The position numbers and the translations under genes are program-made. DNA of 64,000 nucleotides, taken from Dendrobates tinctorius. Taxonomy: Eukaryota. Below the pieces are notes generated by a model that was given only the letters and a program-made list of their open reading frames with translations, did not search any database and was not told the origin of the DNA. The stretch is from assembly GCF_039654945.1 (NCBI RefSeq), contig NW_027361982.1, positions 6,200,001 through 6,264,000 of the forward strand. Reading direction: 5' to 3'. Positions 48,301-59,773 of this stretch are shown here, in pieces (position 1 is the first letter of the stretch; the number at the start of each line of letters is the position of its first letter).

Positions 48301-51300
48301 GGCGATCACCAAGCGCAGGGACTCCATCTTGAAGTGGAGGATCCGCACGTGGCGATTGAGCAACTTGAGGTCCAAGATCGTGCGAAGGGAGCCATCTTTT
48401 TTTGGGACTACGAAGAGATTTGAGTAAAACCCTGAAAACAGTTCGTTTGAAGGAACGGGAACGATTACTCCGGTGGAAAGAAGGGAGGAGACGGCCTGAA
48501 GGAACCCTGGAGTCGGGGACTGCTGTCTTGGAGGTCGAGACAGGAAGAAGCGCCTCTTTGGAGGGGAGGAAAACTCGATTATGTACCCGGAAGTGATGAT
48601 TTCCCTGACCCAAGCGTCGTCGACAACAGATAGCCACGCGTCCATGAAAGAAGAAAGTCTGCCTCCCACCCTGGAAGAACTTCTAGGTGGAGGTGACCCG
48701 TCACTTGGAGGAAAATCTACCGGAGCGGGAGCCTGACGACCTGGAAGGTTAGCCTCTTGATCTCCAGCGGGGAGCGTGTTTATGCGATGGTTTCCTCCGT
48801 TCCCCGGAGGTAGCGGGCCAGTCCTGCTGTGAAGACCCTTCCGTGGAAGAGAAGGAGCGAAAGGACCTAAACGGCCGAGAAGCTTTCCTGTTGAACAACA
48901 GTCTAGGCTGAGATTGGGGAAGGGAGGTACTTTTACCTCCAGTGGCGTCAGAAATTATCTGATCCAGTTTGGCGCCAAAGAGCCTAGAACCGTGAAATGC
49001 CAGGTTGGTGAGCGACTTTTTAGAGGTGGTGTCCGCACTCCAGGCCTTCAACCAAAGGATACGGCGTATGGCTACTATGTTGCTGTTAGCTCTTGCTGCG
49101 CACCCAGCCGCATCCAACAAGGCGGCCAAGAGGTATTTACCCGCATGATTGATTTGGTCTGCTAAGTCTGCTAGCTCGTCCTGAGGAGCTGACGCTAAGA
49201 TGCCCTTGCGAAGAATTTTTGCCCAAGCTGAGATGACCTTAGCCACCCAGGCGGAGGCGAAATTAGGAGAGAGGCGCCGGATGCCTCAAAAAATGATTTA
49301 GCCAGCGATTCTGCCTGTCTGTTGGATCTTTAAGAGATGCCCCGTCCGGAAGGGATAAAACCGTCTTAGAGGAAAGAAGAGAAACTGGCAGATCCACTTC
49401 GGGAGCTTTGGTCCATTTTGTGAGAAGATCCGCTTCAAAGGGATATAGTACATCTAAGTACCTGTGGCCTGAGAAACGCTTGTCAGGGTGTTCCCAGTGT
49501 TTAAAGTAGTCTCGAACTCCTTGTAATTAGGAAAGGTTCGAGAGGGAGGTTTCGATCGTTTAAAGGGGACAGAGCATTCCCGAAGGGGCGTCTTATCCTC
49601 CTTTATTTTGAGCGTTTGGAAGATAGCTGATATGAGACTACCATGTCCTGTGTTTTAGACATGTCTGCCTCTGAGTCAGATCCCGATAGGTCAGACGATG
49701 ATTCCCAAAGGTCGTCTTCAGAGGAAGGAGACAAGGAAAGTAGCCTGGGTGGAGCGGAAGTACCTTGCGAACTGGAAGAAGAGCCAGACAGAGCCCGCTT
49801 CCTAGAACTCCTACCCAATCTGTCCCTCTGGAGGTCGTGGTCAGGTGCAGGCGACTCACCGTGGAGGCGGTCGGCACACAGGTGGCTGTAAATAGCCGAG
49901 GTAAACGTTCTAAGACCTGGACCAGGGACTGGGAGACTTTAGTCAGGTCAGAGACCGACTGAGACATTGCCACGGCCCACTCTGGGGGGGGGGGGTGCTC
50001 TCATCCCGGGAGTCGGTGTGCTCCTGTGGGGCAGACATAGTGGAAGGGCTGCAAGAAGGACAGAAGGGGGACGACTGACCTGACGCCCACTTTTTACAGC
50101 GCGTGCAGGCGTAGTGAGTAGCGGTGGGTCTAGAATAGGGAGCCCTTGCAGGGTTGGGCATATGTGTAGTCTGTGGAATATAGCAGAACGCGGCTGAGAG
50201 ATAACTGCCAAATTGAGCTAATTGTAGCCTCAGGTCTATAAACAGAGCAGAGCCTACCCAGTAGTATTCTGATGCGCAGCAGGTCGCCGATGTGTCCCCC
50301 AAGACGAGATTCGTGGAAGATGAGCACGAGATCCCAGAAGACAGAAGGACCTTAGTGGTGGGCGGAGCTTAGCAGCCATGCCGCGTGATTGGCTGAAGAC
50401 TGCGGGGGCGTGGTTACAGGGGGGCTGACGGCAAGGAAGAGAAAGTAGCTCTGAGATAGGCTAATAAGGGCTAGAAAAGAACGCGCGCAGAGCGGGGAGG
50501 CAGCGGCGTCTAAAAGCAAAAGTAAAAAATGCCGGCTTTCGTATCTGGCGTATCTGCTGCCCAGGGATGCACCCGGAGCCCGTGCCACCGCCGAGATAAA
50601 GCAGGTACTGAATACGTGCCGAAAGCCCGGCTGTGCGCAGTGCGCTGAGAGATGAAGGCGCGCGCCTGTGAGGGCGGGAATTTCAAACAAGGGGCGTTGT
50701 AGCGGCTAACAGAGGCGCCAATCCTGCTGACTTCTATGTGGGATGAATGCTTCTAAGTGGGATGGATGCAGGGCCCGGAGGGCTCATTCAGACCGCTTAC
50801 CTGACGTCCCTGAAGAGAATGACCATAGGGGCCCACAAATTGAGTGGAGGCTGCTGGGAGTAAAGATCCTCTGTACCCGCACCATATCCGAATAGTGCAG
50901 AAGACGGCACCAACCCTTTGTCAGAAGGGGAAAAGTCACCGCCGGTGACCACCGTCTTCCTCTCAGCCCTGTCCCGAGAGAGGGGTGAGGAGGGGAATCG
51001 GGTAGGACCGGCCACCTGTCGTCCGCCCTTAGCACCCGAGGGTGATAGGGAAAAAAGGTCCTGCCTGCGGTCCTGAGAGTTGCGATGTGGGTCACACCAC
51101 ATTGCTCGCTCAGCCGCCTGATATGGGAAAGCAGAATGAAAACCTACACCCCGTTTCCCGAAGCTGAATCTGAAAAATAAATGGGAAAACGTTAATACAC
51201 ACAACTAAAACCTAGAAGGGAAAAAAGGAATCATTAACTGCGGATCTGAGGAGATCCAGGTCCGCCTCCTACAGACACTAAGCACAAACTGAGGTACTTG

Positions 51301-53863
51301 GTGCCTATCGGTGGGTGTATACTGCCGGGGAGGAGCCAATTTTCTTTTTTGCATAGTGGCAGCCTCCTAGCAGCAGCAGCATACACCCATGGTAATCTGT
51401 GTCCCCCAATGAAGCAATAAAGAAATCACTGTTCTCTCACTGAATTTTGTCACTTGCTCAGAAGAAGCTGCAGTCTGCACAACGATGCAGGAATAAAGGC
51501 AACAGCCGCCATTCAGTAACCTTTGAACCAGAATTATGGCTTAAAAAAGTTTGACTTGATGTAGTATTTGGGGGCAATTTGGCATTTACGTGCCAGACCC
51601 AGACTCCAGCGCACAGTTCATCAACACTGGAGTACAAATGGCCATCCTCAATGAGCCGGGGCCCCAAGTCTTCCAGCAGCAGTCAGTGTGTAATTACAGT
51701 TTCTAACACCATCTTCTGCTAGAATCAAGTTCACCGAGGGGAGCTCTGCATACGTACATTGTATTTGTGTTACCTCAGGAAGGTCCTGGCTGTCAATCAC
51801 AATGGCACGAGGGAGAGGAAATTAATATTTATTAAAACCCCTGTAGCAAAGCCAGGTGGGATAAAGCCAAGTACTGCAGGTATTAATTAGATGCACCTGC
51901 CTAGCCATGGCTTGTGTTCACTCGGTGTCAATCTGTTGGGTGGATCAAAGTAGAGTGTGCTGAAGCTGGTGAGTGACCAGCCAAAACGTGAGGTGTACCC
52001 AAGAAAGACATGCCAGAGTCCTTCTCTGAATGGAGACTGCATGGGTCAAATAGGAACGCAGAGCAGGCTGCATGTTGGAGGTGCAGAATAATGTGTGGAA
52101 GCTGCAACCTGGTCAGTGTGAACTGTGCTTGGAGATGAACACTTCTGTTTGGTGCTGGAAGCTCGGGCTGAAGAGGATACACCAAGATATGGTAGGATCG
52201 TACCCCTTCTTTGTGTAAAATTTGCTACTGGAGAAATGACTAAGCTGCTCAGGTGAGCCAGCACTTACATATGTGCTGCTGAATGAACGGTTTAATTGCT
52301 GTGATACCTTTGTACCCAGAAGAGGCTGTTTTTGATTCATTTGGAGTTTTATCAAAGCAATAAAACTGCGCCTGTTTGGGCCAAACTGCATTGCCTGTTT
52401 GAATGCTACTGAATGCCTACCTGAGAGCATAAATCCCTATACCCTCCAGGAATAAACCTTATTAAAAGGACTGAAAGACCCTAAAAACAATTCAATAAGC
52501 CTTATGAGGTGTTTAATGCCCCAACACTGACATTAGAAGTGCACGGTTGTTTCAATCAGCAATGTGCTTTAACAGAAAGAATAACTTACATTGACTGTAC
52601 AAAAAAAAAAAAAAAAAAAAGGGGGCATTTGATCCAGCACTTTCAATAAAATGTAAAGTTTTATTCCATCAATAAAAACATTGTTCAAAGGAAATTCCAC
52701 ATCAATGAGCAGTTATATCATCGGAGGAAAAAGTCCCAAGAAAAAAGATACAGGGTCCTGGGAGACATGTTTCGAAGGACCCTGAATTTTTTTCCTTGGA
52801 TGATGTGGATTTTCCGTTGAACAAGGTTTATTGATGGAATAAAACTTTACATTTTATCGAAAGTGCTGCCCCCTTTTTTGGACAGCATTTCCATGAATCC
52901 TGTGCACTTGTGGATAGGTGAGCTGATCATACTTTCCATGTTTCACAATATACATTGACCTCGCTTACCTCCGCTGTTCACCCGGTTCTTCTGCTGTAGG
53001 ACCTGAAGAGACTGTCGACCTGCAAACGAGAGAATAACTTAGGTATTCTACTACTCTGTGCTAAGGATCTGCACTGGTTATCAGAAAACCTCTATTACTT
53101 TATTTCCCAAAGTCAAGCACTTCTATATCTGCCCAGGCACAAGTAGAAAGAGGAATATTCACTTATTGTTTGATTAAAGGCCTCAGTCACATAATGAGTC
53201 TTAATCCCGAACTGAAAAGATGATCAGCAACGATTACTGGTAAATAGCCAAGTGATTTAACTGCATAATCAGGGACCCACGACAACCACTTTCCTTTCAT
53301 ATATCAGAGACCCTCTCTAACTATTTTTGGTCACCAAGACCCCCTCCCCCCAGTCCGTCTTGAGATACAGAGTCCCACATGAGTGACCACCAGTCCCTAT
53401 ATTGTTTATGAGAGTAGTGGTGACACATGTGCACTACTGCTCCATTCATCCTCAAGGAACAGAACTCATCCCCAGTGTTACCAGAGCCGGACAACGCTGC
53501 ATCACAAACTGGAAGTCCTGAAGTCACTTACCAATCACTTGTGGCTTAGGCAGAGCAACAGCTGAAGTGACACGGGGTCGGAAAGAGGCAATACTGGCAG
53601 CTACTCGCGCCTTTGGTGGCTCACTGATTGGGGACGATTTCAGACGTTTCTGAGGAGGGCAGAGAAGATGAATCGTCACCTTGACCAGACACCAGAGTGA
53701 AGACACGAAGGGTAAAAAAAAGAAGCAGCATGAAACACACCCCCAGCTCTGCCTTTACCCTGGATGACTGCTCCAGGTTCTCATCACTCCGAGACCGCTT
53801 TCTGCTTGGAGGGACAGGGAGACGGGACATCTTCAATGGCTGCTGAGACTTCGGATTCTCCAT
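36338..53863 (-). CDS. KIFC1: Kinesin-14 C-terminal motor protein KIFC1 (HSET/XCTK2-like), 16 coding exons, 639 aa
   Basis: Coding exons (minus): 53863-53759, 53649-53532, 53019-52969, 45147-45118, 44880-44667, 44524-44347, 44067-43900, 43813-43691, 43617-43501, 43421-43248, 41192-41025, 40928-40790, 40439-40300, 40219-40146, 36795-36720, 36382-36338; total 1920 nt, all GT-AG and in phase. Motifs: [10 protein letters not shown], neck [21 protein letters not shown]-loop GQTGSGKT, switch I SSRSH, switch [23 protein letters not shown]-terminus [14 protein letters not shown]. Confidence 0.95.
37364..38300. mobile_element. Intronic Harbinger-type MITE with internal hairpin
   Basis: taa|ggctgtgtgcccacg ... 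cgtgggcacatagcc|taa, with an inverted repeat at ~37775-38010. Confidence 0.85.
39549..40136. mobile_element. Tc1/pogo-type MITE
   Basis: ta|ctgtatttttcgg ... ccgaaaaatatgg|ta; ends a few bases from a KIFC1 splice donor. Confidence 0.6.
40146..41192 (-). CDS. KIFC1: KIFC1 motor-domain exons (41192-41025, 40928-40790, 40439-40300, 40219-40146)
   Basis: [56 protein letters not shown]. Confidence 0.95.
41230..42285 (+). mobile_element. Degraded, internally deleted Tc1 transposon in a KIFC1 intron
   Basis: Frameshifted transposase pieces ([25 protein letters not shown]); the 3' part matches 22700-22960 in reverse. Confidence 0.8.
42337..43172. mobile_element. Tc1/pogo-type MITE next to a (CA)n microsatellite (42305-42339)
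   Basis: Termini cagtatattcgcgtataagccgag / ctcagcttatacttgagtata. Confidence 0.6.
43248..45147 (-). CDS. KIFC1: KIFC1 stalk, neck and P-loop exons (seven exons)
   Basis: Coiled-coil exons followed by ELK|[18 protein letters not shown] and [21 protein letters not shown]. Confidence 0.93.
45394..51425 (-). mobile_element. Full-length but mutated DIRS1-like retrotransposon in a KIFC1 intron
   Basis: ITRs (~45440-45535 vs ~51285-51415) and ICR ~45639-45735. Gag-like pieces 48749-50200; RT ([22 protein letters not shown]) 47860-48669; RNase H (TTDAS); methyltransferase-like segment (DLMAS, YLFPP) 46843-47400; tyrosine recombinase ([16 protein letters not shown]...FY) 45794-46886. Confidence 0.95.
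52612..52882. repeat. ~270-bp imperfect inverted repeat (foldback)
   Basis: cagcactttcaataaaatgtaaagttttattccatcaataaa pairs with tttattgatggaataaaactttacattttatcgaaagtgctg; the apex is cagggtcct...aggaccctg. Confidence 0.85.
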
Positions 53864-53872
53864 AATCAGAGA
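52969..53872 (-). CDS. KIFC1: KIFC1 N-terminal tail exons (53872-53759 with ATG at 53863, 53649-53532, 53019-52969)
   Basis: [29 protein letters not shown]...KRLKSS (basic NLS-like clusters); canonical splice sites and consistent phases. Confidence 0.85.
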
Positions 53873-54327
53873 CTGAAAAAGCAAATGATTGGACACATCA
53901 GAATATGGACAAGCACAAAGACTCCATAAGAAGGTCTGTACATTAACAGAAGGTATCCCCTCCATGATCAGCGCCCTCCAGAAGTGGCAGTCACAAGCGG
54001 CCACCCCCTATGGCGGCATTTCTGAGCCTGTTCTCAGGATCAGTGGGGTTCTCAGAAGCTGGCTGTGCATATCAGGAATAACTAAGCAGGTAAATTATTG
54101 TTTTCCACCTTCCAGTTACTAGGACTTTTCTCTCCTCGACAGAAGTAGGAAGGATGGTGTATTTTTTTTTGTCCAGGACAAGTATTTTTTGGGCACAACA
54201 TATTTTACTGGGAAAAAAAAAAAAGTGAACTCCTTTATGGGTTTCAACTGAAAAAAAATAAAACAAAGAAGCATTTGAGAGTTCTACCAATTTTGTTCTT
54301 CGGATCTAGACAATGACATATAAAGAA

Positions 54328-57300
54328 AAAAATAGAATTAGTCTTACCGGTAATTCGGTTTCTAGGAACCTTCCACGACAGCAGTATCGGAGGATGTCTC
54401 CCCGCCCTAATAGGGGACAGGAAATGCACAAGAGGTTAAATAACCCTCCCCTTCCTATTACCTCCAGTGTTTTTTCTGTACACGCTAGCATGTATAGTTA
54501 CCACCAAGGTGCAGGAATCATCCGGTAGGACATCAGGTAGGGAGGGAAATTGGTGGTGTCGTGAAGGTTCCTAGAAACCGAATTACCAGTAAGACTAATT
54601 CTATTTTCTCTAGTCACCTTCCACGACAGCAGTATCGGACAAATACCAACAACTAATTTCTTCGGGAGGGACAACAGTCTGCAGAACACGTCTGCCAAAC
54701 GTTAAATCCCTGTTGAAATTTAGTCTATAGTGCCTGGTGAATGTGTGGACAGACGACCAGGTGGCGGCTCTGCATATCTGCTCTGTAGATGCGTCCCCTC
54801 TTCCTGCCCACGAAGTTGCTACAGAACAGGTAGAGTGTGCTTTTAATGATGTAGGAGGGGAAACGCTCTGCGACGAGTAGGCGAGGCAGATCGCTTGCTT
54901 GATGCAATTGGCGATTGTATTTTTTGCCGCCTTTTTGCCTCTATTTCGGCCTGAAATCTGAACAAATAGGTTCTGATCAATTCTCCAACTTTCCGTCTGC
55001 TGTAGGTAGAAGAGGACTACTCTGCGTACATCGAGGGTATGGAACCCTTCTTTCGCATTGGAGGGATTTGGACAGAAGGAGGGTAATACGATGTCCTGGC
55101 TCCTATGAAAGTTCGAGGCTACCTTCGGCATAAAGGAGGGTGTCTAATCTTAGGATGATGCTTCCATGATGGTTAAGTATGGCTCCTGTATCGAAAGGAC
55201 CTGTAGCTCTCCTATGCGTCTTGCGGTAGTGATTGCCACCAGGAACACTGTTTTTAGTGTCAAGTTTTTCAACGTCGTGGAAGCCAGAGGTTCGAACGGT
55301 TTGGTTGTCAAGCTTTTGAGAACCAGGTTCAAGTCCCAGGGGGGAATCTGGCTACAAAGTCTGGGACGGATCCTAGACGCTGAGGTCATGAACCGTTTAA
55401 TCCATCGATAGCTCAATCTTCGATCAGGACTTGGCGAGCTAAGGGCTGACACTTGTACCTTTAAAAAGGTACTGGGTGTGAGGCCCAGATCTAGGCCATC
55501 CTGGAGGAACTCTAAGATCTGTGCAATCTTGGGACAGAAGGGATCCGGAATATTTGCGGAGCACCAGGACAAGAATTTCTTCCAAACTTTCCCGTAAATG
55601 GCGTTAGTCACTGGTTTTCTACTTCTTTGTAGGGTTTGGATTACCTTGTCGGATAAGCCCTTAGAATTCCAGCTTCAGTAGCCAGGCCGCCAGGTTCCAT
55701 TTGTGCGGATCTGGGTGAAGTAGAGGGCCCTGGCGAAGGAGGTCGTCCCTCTGGGGCAGGGGTATTGGACCATCCTGGGCCATGTCTTTCAGGGCTCCGT
55801 ACCAGCTCCTCCCCGGCCACAAGGGAGCTATCAAGATTGTAGTGACTCGTTCTGCCCGTACCTTCTGTAGTGTCCTTGCTATCATGGGGATTGGAGGGAA
55901 GGCGTAGGCTAGGTTGAAGTGCCACGGGTGGGAGAAGGCATCTACTTTCCATGCTCCGTCGGTGGGGCTGAGGGAGACATATGTTTCCACCTTCGCATTC
56001 TGACCACTGGCGAACAGGTCCACCTCAGGATATCCCCATCTTGAGACCAGCGATGAAAATACCGACTGATCCAGGCTCCATTCCCCGGGATGAACGTCCC
56101 TCCTGCTGAGGAAGTCCGCTTCCACATTGTCCACTGCTGATATGGACAGGTGTTTTTCTGCCCAGGAGAAAATCCTCGCAGCCACCAGCTTTAGGTTGAA
56201 GAATTTTGTGCCTCCCTGGTGGCGGATGTTAGACACAGTCGTCATATTGTCTGAGTACACGCGTACATTATGGTTTTGGACGAGGGCCACTGCTGCCTTT
56301 AGTGCCTCCTCTACTGCTATTAGCTCTCTCGTATTTGAGGAGCTGGAACTGACATCTGGGTCCCATAACCCCTGGAAGTGTGATTTTTCCACTGTCGCGT
56401 CCCAGCCTCGCTGACTGGCATCCGTGGTGATGATCTTCAGGGGTAGCTGATCCCAGCCGACCCCCCGCTGAAGGTTCTGGCGGTTCAGCCACCATAGAAG
56501 GCAGGCTTTCACGTGTCCGGGCAGAGGAGTTTTTCTGGTCAACATATTTTGGTGCCTTCTTGAACACCGAAGAACGTAGGACTGCAGGGCCAGAGTATGG
56601 GCTTGGGCCCAGGAGACAGCTTGGATACATGCTGTCAGTGATCCCAGCATGGACATTGAGTCTCTCAGGGTCGGTGCCCTTTGGTCCCTGAATGTGGAAA
56701 TCCTCTGGACCAGGTCGAGTTGTCGTTCCCTGGGTAAAAAGGATGTCCTCTCTCCTGAGTCCAGGAGAACCCCCAGGAACTTTTTCCTCGTTGATGGATG
56801 AAGGTTTGACTTCTCTAGGTTGGGGATCCAACCCAAGGATTTCAGAATCTGTAGACATTTGTCTACATCCTGGTTCAGGCGAGGCCCGGATGGAGCTACT
56901 ATTAGAAGGTTGTCCAGATATGGGACGATACAGATCCCCTGTTGGCGAATGAAGATTATTGCCTCCGCCATCACCTTGGTAAACACCCGAGGGGCTGATG
57001 ATACCCCAAACGGCAGGACGTTGAATTGGTAGTGTCTAACCTGGGACTCCTGTGATACCACAAACCTGAGGAATCTTCTGTGGTCTGGATGGATCGGGAC
57101 GTGATAATAAGCGTCCCTTAGGTCTATTGTAGCCATCACCCAATTCTGTCCTATAAGAGGGATTGCAGTCCTGACCGACTCCATCTTGAACCGCCAGTAT
57201 TTTACCACTTGGTTCAACGGTTTTAAGTTTATAATGACCCTGTGTTTCCCTGAGGGATTTACCACTACGAAGAGGCGAGAGTAGTGGCCTTTGCCTATTT

Positions 57301-59773
57301 CTCGTTGTGGAAGCGGGGAGATTGCTCTTGCTTGTAGGAGTGTCTTTATATCTGACAGCAAGGATCTCTGGAGGTGCCTCTGCAGGGAGGTTATTCTCAG
57401 GCATTGAGGGGGGAGGACTCTCGAATTCCAATCTCAGTCCGTCGCGAGTAGTGCGAAGAACCCACTAGTTTGATGTTATGGACTGCCATTGCTCTATGAA
57501 ACTCGAGAGTCGCCCCCCGACCGGAATACAGTCATTGCTTCTCTGTGGGTTTTGTTGTTGCTGGGACTGGGAGTCCAGAATATTTCTGCCTCTTCCTCCC
57601 TTCAGATAGCTCCACCTGCCCGTTTTGCCCCTCCCTTTGAACTCTCTCTGGGAGGGTTGGTCACGGGGGGGGGAAGAGAACGAAAAAACAGTCTTCTAGG
57701 TTTCCGCTGTTCTGGTAGCGACTTCTTTTTATCTGTGGCCTTCTCCAGGATATCATCCAGGGCTGGGCCAAATACGTACTTCCCCTGAAAGGGAATCGCA
57801 CAGAGCTTTGATGTGATGTCTCCTCCCCACGATTTCAGCCACAGTGTCCTTCTGGCTGAGTTGGAGAGGACTGCCGATTTCACTGCTACCCAAATGGACT
57901 CCGCAGAGGCGTCGGCTAGAAACCATGTTGCTTTTTGCAATAGCGGTAGGGAATCCAAGATCTCTTCTCTGGAGGTTCCTTGAGAGAGGTGGTCCTCCAG
58001 TGTACGCAGCCAGCAAAATAAGGACCTCGCTACACACGTAGAGGCTATATTAGCCTTGAGCAGGGTTGTGGAGGCATCCCATGATTTCCTAAGTAGGCTG
58101 TTTTACGATCCATAGGATCCTTGCATTGAGACGAGTCTTCGAAGGGAAGAGCCGTCCTTTTCGTCACTCTGGATACCTGCACGTCTACTTTGGGGATCTC
58201 CCATAGGGAGCAATCCCCCTCCAAAGGAAATCTGTTCGTCATGTCTGATGGGGTAGTGAGCCTTTTTTTCAGGAAGGGCCCATTCTTGCATAACTAAATT
58301 TCAGATGTTCTCATGGATGGGGAATCCCTTCTGGTCTTTGGGTTTCAATCCCCCAAACATTTCATCCTGGACTGAGTATTCCACCTCCGTCTCCTCTAAT
58401 CCCATGGTGCCCCTTACCATGCTAAGTCCCCCATGTCTTCCAATGAAAAGTAATATTTTTTGTTATCAGGCCTGGGGGTAGAAGTGGAACTCTCGTTTCC
58501 CCATGCTTCCTCTGAGTCAGAGGCATCAATTTCGCCCGAGTCTGAGTCCGACTCTGCCGGGGGCGCTTTCCTTTTCCTAGTAGGAGGGGGTTGTGGTGTC
58601 GGGGTCTGGGCACTCGTCATCATAGAAGATTGCATTTCTTGCTTGAGGAGGGATTTTATACTGTCCAGAAGGAAAGGTTGTTCTGCGCGGATTACTTCTT
58701 CCGTTCAGGGCTGACAGTTTTTTTCCTGTACGTCGAGGAGAGTTTGGTACCGCACACGCACTTGCAGCTTGGTTTCTTTATGGGGTCAGGGGCCTTGTCT
58801 CCCTAAAATAGAGAGAGAAGGCATACTAAGTCACCTCGCCATTTGGACAGAATAAAGGAGGACTGGTCCTGCTACTTACAGTAGGAGGGTGCACGCTGGG
58901 CTCCGCAGAAGCAGAACGAGAGGGCTTATCACCGTCCATGGTCAGTCTGTCACAGTCACTAGCCTTACCTGGCCTTAACTGGACGCCCTCTGCCAGGTTC
59001 TTAAGTAGCCGAGGCTCCACAGCGTTTTCGGTGCTCCTCCTCCCCTGGTCAGGTGGGGGAAAAAAATCATGATTACCCCTCCTTACGGCTACTTCCCAGC
59101 CGTCCGTGGTCAGCCTGGAGTCACCACCCCGCCTCCTCGAACTCCCGCCACTGCCTGGTGCCGCCCCTGTATCCTCTGAGCCCACCATCAGTGCCCATCA
59201 TTCAGGTAAATGGGCAGGTGGGTGGGTGAACAGGCAGCGAGTGGGCGGGTGGACAGCGCGTGGACCGCGTCAGGCGGGTGGACAGCGTTGCGACTCTCAC
59301 CTTCCCAGAGGCGCCGCTCGCGTTCCCTGGAGGCCGCCATGTTGCCCGCCCCGAAACCAGAAGTACGCCGCCGCGTCACTTCCGATGCGCCGCAGTCGTG
59401 GGGAGGACACAGGGGAGCTACAAGAGGACCCCGGCTGCACGTCATCGCCTTGCTTTACCCCGCGGAGGGGGCGCAGGAAAGGTGGGCAAGGGGTCCCGAG
59501 TCACGCCAGCAGGCGGAGACGGGAGCGGCCAGATCCAGGAGGGAGGAAGCGAAGTCCCCGACCGTCGGCCGCCCGGCCCAGGTAAGAGATGGGGTGCTCC
59601 GGTAGCCGGCCACGGCAGCACCATCGGACCTCTCATGCCCCCATAGGGGACAGGAAAAACACTGAAGGTAATAGGAAGGGGAGGGTTATTTAACCTCTTG
59701 TGCATTTCCTGTCCCCTATTAGGGCAGGGAGACATCCTCCGATACTGCTGTCGTTGAAGGTGACTAGAGAAAA
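54328..59773 (-). mobile_element. Second, distinct full-length DIRS1-like retrotransposon in KIFC1 intron 1
   Basis: ITRs (~54368-54475 vs ~59654-59760) and ICR ~54556-54640. A 566-aa RT-RNaseH-MT ORF at 55661-57361 (YLDN in place of YLDD, TTDAS, YAFPP); broken YR 54610-55611; gag pieces 57600-58940. Confidence 0.95.

Noticed and set aside
59106-59735. Several overlapping R/P/G-rich ORFs
   Set aside because: They come from the GC-rich DIRS leader, where stop codons are rare; there are no conserved motifs.
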